The notes beneath the pieces are model-generated. The model had not been told where the DNA came from, did no database searches, and saw only the letters and a program-made list of their open reading frames with translations. A DNA stretch of 14,194 nt. Origin: Bacteriovoracaceae bacterium (lineage in GTDB: Bacteria; Bdellovibrionota; Bacteriovoracia; Bacteriovoracales; Bacteriovoracaceae). Position 1 is the stretch's first letter; every line of letters starts with the position of its first letter. The stretch covers positions 1-14,194 of the forward strand of contig JBFGZE010000084.1 of the NCBI GenBank assembly GCA_041586955.1, given 5' to 3'. Positions 7,411-14,194 of this stretch are shown one piece after another. The position numbers and the translations under genes are program-made.

Positions 7411-8040
7411 ATGAAAGGTATAATATATTTAGGACTTTTAGGATTACTCATATCAGCTTGTCAGGCCAAAGAACAAAAGGAGAAAGCCAGTGACGTAACT
7501 CCAGGCTTTATGTTTTCTGAGCATAAACAAGCTGATGACATTATTCATGGACACTCACTTGAGGCGAAATCTGCCGAAAAGCACCAAGAACATTTTAAAG
7601 CTGCCAAAGGAAAAGTACTTATATGCCACTTCCCCGCTGGCAAAGCAGAAGGGATGGTTTTAAGTATTAGTACTAATGGCCTTAGAGGTCACCTTAAGGC
7701 CGATCAAGAACAGGCCCAAAAAGGTTCAAGTAAAAGATTTGAAAAATCTCATCAATTTCATGATTACCTTCTCTCAACCGATAGTGCCCTTCAGCCAGGG
7801 GAAGTTTGCCATAAATCAGATGTCATAGACGATGACGTTCAAGATGAGATCCAAGATGAAGTTCAAGATGAGATCCAAGATGAGATCCAAGATGAGATCC
7901 AAGATGAGATCCAGGTTGATGTCCAAGATGAGATCCAAGATGAGATCCAAGATGAGATCCAAGATGAGATACAAGATGAGATCCAGGTTGAAGTTCAAGA
8001 TGAGATCCAGGTTGATGTCCAAGATGAGATCCAAGGATAA
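7411..8040 (+). CDS. His-rich lipoprotein with an acidic QDEI tetrapeptide-repeat tail
   Basis: Lipobox ISA|C after a hydrophobic signal, GGGAG SD, 10 His before the repeat, and a KVLICHFPAG...GHL...HDYL...C motif. Confidence 0.85.
   Translation: MKGIIYLGLLGLLISACQAKEQKEKASDVTPGFMFSEHKQADDIIHGHSLEAKSAEKHQEHFKAAKGKVLICHFPAGKAEGMVLSISTNGLRGHLKADQEQAQKGSSKRFEKSHQFHDYLLSTDSALQPGEVCHKSDVIDDDVQDEIQDEVQDEIQDEIQDEIQDEIQVDVQDEIQDEIQDEIQDEIQDEIQVEVQDEIQVDVQDEIQG
7840..8031 (+). repeat. Tandem minisatellite, 16 x 12 bp, consensus CAAGATGAGATC (encodes QDEI)
   Basis: Units counted directly. Variant units are CAAGATGAAGTT, CAGGTTGATGTC (x2), CAAGATGAGATA and CAGGTTGAAGTT. Confidence 0.97.
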
Positions 8041-8145
8041 ATAATTTAATAAAAAGAACAGTTAGGAAGATGAAATTAAAGAAATTGCAAAAATTAATTG
8101 ATTAAAACTTTATAAACATGGAGCAATCAAAAAAAGGTCATCCCA

Positions 8146-8207
8146 AGACCAAAATAGTGACCCCCAATGCTAGTCTGTTCTAGCATTGGGGGTCACTATT
8201 TTGGTCT
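8146..8207. repeat. Perfect 28-bp inverted repeat with 6-nt loop between convergent genes
   Basis: AGACCAAAATAGTGACCCCCAATGCTAG (8146-8173), loop tctgtt, then CTAGCATTGGGGGTCACTATTTTGGTCT (8180-8207). Confidence 0.95.
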
Positions 8208-8279
8208 CTAGGTTACTTAATGGGATACTTAGTGCATATCAATATTATTTTTAGTATTAAAGAGAGCAAGTCCTCTCAA

Positions 8280-8807
8280 CTAGGCACCTTCCCTCTCGTG
8301 GCGGCCACGAAATGGTTCCCCTGTCAGATTATCAATTTCCTTGGGAAACTGATCGAGAATCCAATTCACAACATCTTTAATTGAAACCATGGAGACTGGT
8401 ATGTCATTCTTATCGACGATAGGGATATGCCGAAAACCACCAAGGTGCATATTATTGAGAACATAAGCTAGCTCATCTTGCTCCATTAGAGTTTGTGGGC
8501 CGCGAGTCATGACTTCGGCAATCGATGTATTTTTCCAATCTTCAATAATACCAATTACACGCATAAGAATATCGCGCTCAGTAAAGATACCTACCAATTC
8601 TTTATTTTTTGTAATTACGAGGGAACCAATTTTCTTATCCTGCATCAACGCAATGGCATCACCAATGGTGTGTTTAACGTCAATACAGATGACAGGTAAT
8701 AGGCGTAACTCGCTTATGGGTCGCAAAAAGGCATGAGAATTGAGACTCGTCCCCTCAGCGTCTTGTTCTTCGGCAATCGTCATTTCTTCTTCAATAAACT
8801 CGTCCAT
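8280..8807 (-). CDS. CBS-domain pair (Bateman module) protein
   Basis: AIALMQDKKIGSLVI...LVGIFTERDI, EVMT and GGFRHIPIVD...SMVSIKDV. An AAGGAG SD is present. Confidence 0.93.
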   Translation of the reverse strand: MDEFIEEEMTIAEEQDAEGTSLNSHAFLRPISELRLLPVICIDVKHTIGDAIALMQDKKIGSLVITKNKELVGIFTERDILMRVIGIIEDWKNTSIAEVMTRGPQTLMEQDELAYVLNNMHLGGFRHIPIVDKNDIPVSMVSIKDVVNWILDQFPKEIDNLTGEPFRGRHEREGA

Positions 8808-9053
8808 ATTAACTCTCCTTTTTCCCTGATTAGCGATAATACCTAAAATAAAAATTATTTAAAAGGGGAAATGAGTCAATTACTACATAAGCTATTGGTA
8901 TAAATGGGTAACCCACCTATTTTACTTAAGCAAATGAGTGCCTGCGCACCACATAATCTCCCTTTATTTTTTTCCAACTGGCGCATCGCAAACCTTTGTC
9001 AGACACCTTTTGTTTAGAGATAATCACCGCCCCTTTAATTTAGTGAGGTCAAC

Positions 9054-11093
9054 ATGAAAATTCAAAATTACGTTTTAGGAAATTGGACAGAAGGTCAAGG
9101 CCTGGGTAAGGCCCTTTTTAATGCTGTTAATGGCGACCTCATCGCTCATGCCACGACAGACGGCCTTAATTTTAAAAACATTATCAAGTACGGCAAAGAA
9201 GAAGCCGGTCCAGTTCTACGAAATATGACTTTTCATGAGCGCGCCCGTGCTTTAAAGGCGCTCGCTCTTCATTTAATATCTAAAAAAGAACATTTTTATC
9301 AAATCTCTTATCAAACCGGTGCGACTAAAATCGATTCCTGGATTGATATTGAAGGCGGTATCGGTAACCTTTTTAATTACTCCTCTAAGGGCCGTCGAGA
9401 AATGCCTGACCTCCCCTATTGCCCAGAAGGCGCAACAGAGCATCTCTCAAAGAACGGTACTTTTATTGGCCACCATATTCTCACTCCCAAAAGAGGGTTG
9501 GCCGTTCATATTAACGCCTTTAATTTCCCTGTTTGGGGTATGCTTGAAAAAATCGCCGTCAACTTATTGGCCGGTGTCCCTGCTATCGTGAAACCGGCGA
9601 CTATTACTTGCTACCTGACAGAGGCCGTTGTTAAAGAAATTATTGCCTCTAAAATTTTGCCGGAAGGCTCCATTCAATTATTATGCGGAGGTGTCGGTGA
9701 CCTTCTAAACCACCTTGATGCCCAAGATGTCGTGACTTTCACAGGGTCTGCGACAACTGGCGCCAAATTAAAAGCACATCCTAATATCCTAGATAAAAAT
9801 ATTCCTTTTAACTTAGAAGCGGACTCCCTTAATTGCTGCATTCTAGGTAAGGATGCCATCCCAGGCACTGCAGAGTTTGACCTTTTCATCAAGGAAGTGG
9901 CCAAAGAGATCACAATTAAGACCGGCCAAAAATGTACCGCTATCCGTCGTACCATCGTTCCAGAAAATCTCATTGAAGATGTGAATAAGGCCCTGCAAGC
10001 GCGCCTAATTAAGGCCACCATGGGTGATCCCACCAATGAGAAGGTTAGAATGGGGGCACTTGCTGGTATTGAGCAAAAGCAAGAAGTTCTCAACCGTATT
10101 GAAATTTTGAAAAATGAATGCGAACTGCTCTTTCACCCTGAAAGTTACGAGCTACTCGGTGGCGATAAAGAAAAAGGTGCTTTTTTACCGCCCACAATTC
10201 TTTATTGCCAAAATCCATTTGAAAAAACCGCGGTTCATAATGTTGAGGCCTTTGGCCCCGTTACCACACTCATCCCCTATAAAACGACCGCTGACGCCAT
10301 TGAATTGGCCCATATGGGTAAAGGGTCTCTAGTTGGCTCAGTGGTCACCAATGACGCCAATATTGCCCGTGAAATCGTGATAGGAGCCGCCTCAAGCCAC
10401 GGGCGTATGCTAATACTCAATAAGGCCTGCGCCAAGGAAAGTACAGGCCATGGCTCACCTTTACCTCAATTAGTCCACGGCGGCCCGGGACGAGCTGGAG
10501 GAGGAGAAGAGATGGGTGGAATTCGTGGTGTTACCCATTATATGCAACGCACGGCAATTCAAGGCCACCCCGATATGCTGACCGCCATTACTGGTGTTTA
10601 TCAACCAGGGGCGAGCCGACCTGAAAGCGATATTCACCCCTTTCGTAAGTATTTCGAAGAGTTGGCAATCGGAGATACTCTTACCACCGCCAAAAGAACT
10701 ATCACTGAAGCAGATATTGTCAATTTTGCCAATTTATCTTGGGATCATTTTTATGCTCATACTGATGTCACGTCTTTAGAAGGCACTCTATTTGAAAGCC
10801 GAGTGGCCCACGGTTACTTTATTATTTCCGCTGCTGCTGGGCTTTTTGTCGAGGCCAAGCGTGGACCTGTGATGGCGAATTATGGCCTCGATGAATTGCG
10901 CTTTATCAAACCCGTCTATGTTGGTGCGACCATTGGTGTAAAACTGACCGTTAAAGAAAAGATTGGTCAGGACCCTAAAGAGGGCGAAGAACCGCGTGGT
11001 ATTGTTAAATGGCAAGTTGAAGTCACTGATGAAACAAATGAGGTTGTGGCACTCGCGACAATTCTGACTTTAGTGTTAAAAAAAGGCGCCTAA
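9054..11093 (+). CDS. paaZ: Bifunctional oxepin-CoA hydrolase / 3-oxo-5,6-dehydrosuberyl-CoA semialdehyde dehydrogenase (phenylacetate catabolism)
   Basis: 679 aa. The N-terminal ALDH domain has HINAFNFPVWGMLEK, FTGS, EADSLN, GQKCTAIRR, EAFGPV, ESTGHGSPLP and HGGPGRAGGGEE. The C-terminal MaoC hot-dog domain has DHFYAH, RVAHGYF and ANYGLDELRF. Confidence 0.96.
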   Translation: MKIQNYVLGNWTEGQGLGKALFNAVNGDLIAHATTDGLNFKNIIKYGKEEAGPVLRNMTFHERARALKALALHLISKKEHFYQISYQTGATKIDSWIDIEGGIGNLFNYSSKGRREMPDLPYCPEGATEHLSKNGTFIGHHILTPKRGLAVHINAFNFPVWGMLEKIAVNLLAGVPAIVKPATITCYLTEAVVKEIIASKILPEGSIQLLCGGVGDLLNHLDAQDVVTFTGSATTGAKLKAHPNILDKNIPFNLEADSLNCCILGKDAIPGTAEFDLFIKEVAKEITIKTGQKCTAIRRTIVPENLIEDVNKALQARLIKATMGDPTNEKVRMGALAGIEQKQEVLNRIEILKNECELLFHPESYELLGGDKEKGAFLPPTILYCQNPFEKTAVHNVEAFGPVTTLIPYKTTADAIELAHMGKGSLVGSVVTNDANIAREIVIGAASSHGRMLILNKACAKESTGHGSPLPQLVHGGPGRAGGGEEMGGIRGVTHYMQRTAIQGHPDMLTAITGVYQPGASRPESDIHPFRKYFEELAIGDTLTTAKRTITEADIVNFANLSWDHFYAHTDVTSLEGTLFESRVAHGYFIISAAAGLFVEAKRGPVMANYGLDELRFIKPVYVGATIGVKLTVKEKIGQDPKEGEEPRGIVKWQVEVTDETNEVVALATILTLVLKKGA

Positions 11094-11105
11094 ATTAAGG
11101 CGCCT
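11078..11105 (-). terminator. Intrinsic terminator at the paaZ / downstream-gene convergence
   Basis: AGGCGCCT-aaatta-AGGCGCCT stem preceded by an A-run, giving a U-tract on the minus strand just after the 11109 stop. Confidence 0.65.
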
Positions 11106-11108
11106 CAA

Positions 11109-11462
11109 TTAATTAGCTTCTTCCTGGTGAAATCGATTTCTTCTCCAGCTATCAAGTTCATGATAGATGCTTTCAAAGAGGTCATCGAGACCTTCATCAA
11201 GGACGGTGATTGGAACCTTCGCTTCGTATGTCCCAGTGAGACATTCATGGCCAATAATGCACTCAACAGTGCATACGCCCTCTAACGCCTTACCTTTTCT
11301 AGACAAAGTAAGGTGAATATTGGACTGATGAGGGGCCATATCTAAGATACGAAAGTAGGTTTTTCGAATGGCCGTAAATTCTTCCTCGGTAGGAACCCAG
11401 CCAATCATCTGAAGTTTCTGATCGAGATTCTTAAATGGTTCACACGGATCATTAAACTTCAT
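11109..11462 (-). CDS. Hypothetical protein, possibly HPF/RaiA-like fold
   Basis: 117 aa with GGAGG SD. The apparent alpha-beta-beta-beta-alpha pattern ends in ...IYHELDSWRRNRF, as in HPF/RaiA-annotated proteins I recall from Bdellovibrionota. The fold call is tentative. Confidence 0.55.
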   Translation of the reverse strand: MKFNDPCEPFKNLDQKLQMIGWVPTEEEFTAIRKTYFRILDMAPHQSNIHLTLSRKGKALEGVCTVECIIGHECLTGTYEAKVPITVLDEGLDDLFESIYHELDSWRRNRFHQEEAN

Positions 11463-11590
11463 AAACGCACCTCCCTTGCTTAAGTTAAACGAAAGGCTAT
11501 CCTATCACAAAAACAAGCACTATTGAAACGCGCCGCGGTAATACAAGTAAAAACAAAGGGGTTACACTTATTAATAGCTAAGGAGACCTT

Positions 11591-12151
11591 ATGAAATTTA
11601 TTATTAGTTTATGCTTATTCAGTTTCGCGATGATTGGACCAGTCCATGCCAAAACAAAGGTTTTAATGAAAACCAACCACGGTGATATCACTCTTGAATT
11701 ATATGACAAACAAGCACCATTAACGGTCAAAAATTTTCTTCAGTATGTTGATCAAGGTTTTTATAAAGACACAATTTTTCATAGGGTCATTGATAATTTC
11801 ATGATTCAAGGTGGTGGCTTTACAACGAATTTGCAAAAAAAGAAAACCGCGGCTCCTGTAAAAAACGAGGCAACAAATCGCATCTCCAACACCAATGGCA
11901 CAATTGCCATGGCCCGCACTTCAGATCCTCATAGTGCGACTGGACAATTTTTTATCAATGTCAAAGATAATAATTTTCTTGATCACCGGAATACCAGCAC
12001 TGCAGGTTTTGGGTATTGTGTTTTTGGCCGTGTCATCAAAGGCATGACAGTGGTTAATAAAATTAAGAAGATGCAAACTCGCGCAAATGGACCCTTTCAA
12101 AATTTACCGATGACTAATGTTATTATCCAATCAATGGCACGAATTAAATAA
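11591..12151 (+). CDS. ppiA: Periplasmic cyclophilin-type peptidyl-prolyl cis-trans isomerase
   Basis: Signal peptide ending VHA, then APLTVKNFLQY, FHRVIDNFMIQGGG, GTIAMART, SATGQFFIN and GYCVFGRV. An AAGGAG SD is present. Confidence 0.95.
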   Translation: MKFIISLCLFSFAMIGPVHAKTKVLMKTNHGDITLELYDKQAPLTVKNFLQYVDQGFYKDTIFHRVIDNFMIQGGGFTTNLQKKKTAAPVKNEATNRISNTNGTIAMARTSDPHSATGQFFINVKDNNFLDHRNTSTAGFGYCVFGRVIKGMTVVNKIKKMQTRANGPFQNLPMTNVIIQSMARIK

Positions 12152-12350
12152 TACAATTCATCCCCAATAAACTGTAATATCCTGTGAATAAAGTCAAAAA
12201 GTGGAGAAATTTCTCCATTTTTTGACTTAAATTTTGAACAATTTTTTGTAGCTCTCTTAACTCATTCTTAACTGACTTATTCTCAACCTTAATTTGCCTA
12301 TTTTCAGCTTCCCCTATATACATCGCCAATTGCCTAGAAGGCCTAATGAC

Positions 12351-12378
12351 AAAAAGCCGCTTTAAAAGCGGCTTTTTT
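12351..12378. terminator. Bidirectional rho-independent terminator (rpsU on minus; possibly also ppiA on plus)
   Basis: AAAAAGCCGCTTT-A-AAAGCGGCTTTTTT: a GC-rich stem flanked by A5 and T6, about 26 nt past the rpsU stop. Confidence 0.88.
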
Positions 12379-12404
12379 ATTTCTTAATTTTTAAAAAACT
12401 TAAA

Positions 12405-12629
12405 CTAAATTTTTGAACGTCTTGTCGATTTCTTCATGTCTTTTTTGCGACGTTTTTCTGCGGACTCACGCTTTTCTTTGGATTTTACAGAAGGCTTTTT
12501 ATAGTCTTTTCTTTTTCTATATTCTTTTGAAACGCCAAATGCTTCACACATTCTTTTAAAGCGTTTTAAAGCGCCTTGAACATTATCACCGTCTCTAACT
12601 GTCACAAAAATAGTTGATCTTTTTTTCAT
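12405..12629 (-). CDS. rpsU: 30S ribosomal protein bS21
   Basis: VTVRDGDNVQGALKRFKR...GV.KEYRKRKDYKKPSVK matches the bS21 pattern. The protein is highly basic and has a GAGG SD. Confidence 0.92.
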   Translation of the reverse strand: MKKRSTIFVTVRDGDNVQGALKRFKRMCEAFGVSKEYRKRKDYKKPSVKSKEKRESAEKRRKKDMKKSTRRSKI

Positions 12630-12771
12630 TTAAAATCCTCAGCTTGTCTAAAAAAAAGAATTAAAACTATTTAACCAATATTTTTAACTGACGCAATCCC
12701 TTTCTTATAAAAAGGTGTAATTTTTAAACACTTCTCATCAAAGATTCGCGTCGAGTCATCACTTCTACTGA

Positions 12772-13596
12772 TTAAAATAAATAACTCGTACTTAATCCAT
12801 AAGTATTGGAATAATGGGAACTCTGCGTCGCAGACAGAGAGAAACTCCAATGTTTACCAATAAATGTGTCAATATTTGCGGTGGTGTCACTGTATTGAGT
12901 GGGTGATCCATAGTTGCGGCTTACTCCATAACTTAATCCAAATTCCAGCCAAGAGAAAGGGTAATAATCAACTCCCAGAGACCAGGCCTGGGCCTCATAT
13001 CCTGAAAAGTTTAGCTCTCCTAGGTCTAATTTTTGCTCTTCATTGGCCCGATCTGAATACCGATAACCCGTAAAATGAGCATTAATTGCCACGTATTCTC
13101 CAATTTCCTGACTAAGTCCAATAGTCAAACCCTTTTTTGTATATTCATCTTCAAGGTCATGACCATCATCCCCTACAACACCGTTAGGCCGTGTGTAGCG
13201 GTTAATTTCAAGACCCAGGGTAAGGCGGGTGCGATTAATCCCTTCCCAATAATCCGAAATTTTTATGCCATAAGAAAGACTAAAATTATTAGAGGTCAAT
13301 TGACCGCTTTCTTTCCCATGGCCAAGAGAAATATTAAAATCATAGGTTCTCTTCGCCGTGAAAAAGGAGTTAATCGTATGTGTTTTGCTAGTGAATTCAT
13401 CACTATCTTCTACCCCTTCGTAGGAATACCCAAGGCTAGTTCGTTCATTAACATAGTATGAAACACCAACAGAGGAGTTTTTATAAAATTCCTCATTTTG
13501 TTGGATGGAAAGGTCAATGCTTCCTCCCTTGGCAAGTAGTGAGTGATAAGGCATTAGAACTGTTACAAAGAAAATGCCATAGAAAAAATACCTCAT
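12772..13596 (-). CDS. Putative outer-membrane beta-barrel protein
   Basis: N-terminal signal peptide, many amphipathic aromatic strands (VGVSYY, LGYSYE, LSYGIK, LGVDYY) and a C-terminal YGLSTSYLF beta-signal ending in Phe. The start overlaps the upstream stop (TAATG). Confidence 0.8.
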   Translation of the reverse strand: MRYFFYGIFFVTVLMPYHSLLAKGGSIDLSIQQNEEFYKNSSVGVSYYVNERTSLGYSYEGVEDSDEFTSKTHTINSFFTAKRTYDFNISLGHGKESGQLTSNNFSLSYGIKISDYWEGINRTRLTLGLEINRYTRPNGVVGDDGHDLEDEYTKKGLTIGLSQEIGEYVAINAHFTGYRYSDRANEEQKLDLGELNFSGYEAQAWSLGVDYYPFSWLEFGLSYGVSRNYGSPTQYSDTTANIDTFIGKHWSFSLSATQSSHYSNTYGLSTSYLF

Positions 13597-14066
13597 TATT
13601 GTTGTCCCGGTCGTCTTAGTCTCAGTCTTCTCTCCTTACGCCTTTGGTGTCGGCGCAATTGTTTTCCCACGGTCCGTCTTTTAATTTGCCTTTTTCGCCT
13701 TTCACGGATGCGAGTTTTCATTTTCTTCAACCTATTACGTCGCTCCCCTAAAGAAATCTGCTTCCAGCGTTTTAATCGTTTTCTAAACTTTTCTTGACCC
13801 GCCCTATCTAATTTTTTGAAACGTCCCCATATCTTGGTAATGCGCTCCTGCTTTTGAATAGGTAATTGGCGAAAGAGGCGATAATTATCTTTTAAAACCT
13901 TTTTGTCTTTCTCACTAAGGGACTTAAAGATTTCAAATCGCTTTTTTACTAATTGTTTTTGTAAAGGGCCCAAACTTTCCCATTTGGCCATCCCTTCTTG
14001 CCCTACGATAGGCCCTATCAAACATACCCAAAATAGAGTTAAAGATGTGACGAGGTTAATCTTCAT
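13596..14066 (-). CDS. DUF3106-like exported helical-repeat protein
   Basis: Repeats WESLGPLQK / FKSLSEKDK / FRQLPIQKQ / FKKLDRAGQ / WKQISLGER. The start is reassigned to ATG 14066 (GGGGAG SD, followed by a signal-like MKINLVTSLTLFWVCLIG). The tail is Arg-rich. Confidence 0.75.
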   Translation of the reverse strand: MKINLVTSLTLFWVCLIGPIVGQEGMAKWESLGPLQKQLVKKRFEIFKSLSEKDKKVLKDNYRLFRQLPIQKQERITKIWGRFKKLDRAGQEKFRKRLKRWKQISLGERRNRLKKMKTRIRERRKRQIKRRTVGKQLRRHQRRKERRLRLRRPGQQ

Positions 14067-14193
14067 CGGCGGCTCCCCGAAGCGAGAGTACTTCTTCAAC
14101 CATATCACTCTCCTCTAACATCCATTGATTTTCTTGCTGAATCATTTCCATATTCATTAAAAGTTCTAAATTTTTTAACATCCCAGGTGGCAC
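14056..14193 (-). CDS. C-terminal fragment of an upstream gene, possibly an anti-sigma-like protein
   Basis: The frame is open from the window edge: VPPGMLKNLELLMNMEMIQQENQWMLEESDMVEEVLSLRGAADED*. It overlaps the next start by 11 nt. The 'L.NLELL..ME' pattern is what I recall for genes preceding DUF3106. Confidence 0.55.
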   Translation of the reverse strand: MPPGMLKNLELLMNMEMIQQENQWMLEESDMVEEVLSLRGAADED

Positions 14194-14194
14194 C

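Noticed and set aside
7840..8031. Repeat array as a CRISPR
   Set aside because: The units are contiguous 12-mers with no spacers, lie within a CDS, and no cas genes are present.
7816..8044. Alternate-frame repeat ORFs, (LDLI)n on minus and (MRSK)n on plus
   Set aside because: They arise because the 12-bp unit is stop-free in several frames. Only the QDEI frame is joined to a gene with an SD and signal peptide.
8905..8915. TGGGT-A-ACCCA palindrome upstream of paaZ as a paa operator
   Set aside because: It is short enough to occur by chance and does not match the PaaX or PaaR operator patterns I know.
12144..12329. 61-aa minus-strand ORF with a coiled-coil-like stretch
   Set aside because: It has a TTG start, no SD, lies just past the rpsU terminator and overlaps the ppiA stop. 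It cannot be excluded but is unsupported.
14067..14108. Track's GTG start for the DUF3106-like ORF
   Set aside because: It lies within the upstream gene. ATG 14066 has an SD and begins a signal-like sequence.
1608..14118. Remaining short track ORFs nested in menB, the methyltransferase, the lipoprotein, thpR, CBS, paaZ, the barrel and DUF3106-like genes
   Set aside because: They are antisense or alternate-frame shadows of better-supported genes, with no motifs of their own.

Overview
Bacterial chromosomal window of about 40% GC (estimated by eye). The gene content and protein styles suggest Bdellovibrionota (Bacteriovoracales-like), but this is inference only. In order, it contains: the 3' part of a Cys-rich pilin-like gene missed by the ORF track (<3..893); an apparent operon of a YbaK-family deacylase, a type II (Mycobacterium-like) menB and a SAM-methyltransferase-like gene; a lipoprotein; a small hypothetical; thpR followed by a compact NSUN3/4-like RNA m5C methyltransferase; a degenerate MinD/BY-kinase-fold protein; a His-rich lipoprotein ending in 16 tandem 12-bp (QDEI) units; a perfect 28-bp inverted repeat; a CBS-pair protein; an orphan paaZ; an HPF/RaiA-like protein; a cyclophilin (ppiA); rpsU; and the distal end of a probable ECF-sigma operon (anti-sigma-like tail, DUF3106-like protein, outer-membrane beta-barrel). 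I saw no rRNA, tRNA, CRISPR array, transposase, integrase or reverse transcriptase. No complete novel system can be shown from the sequence alone. The best leads are the thpR-NSUN3/4-like RNA module, the pseudo-ATPase, the repeat-tailed His-rich lipoprotein with its adjacent palindrome, and the pilin C-terminal domain.
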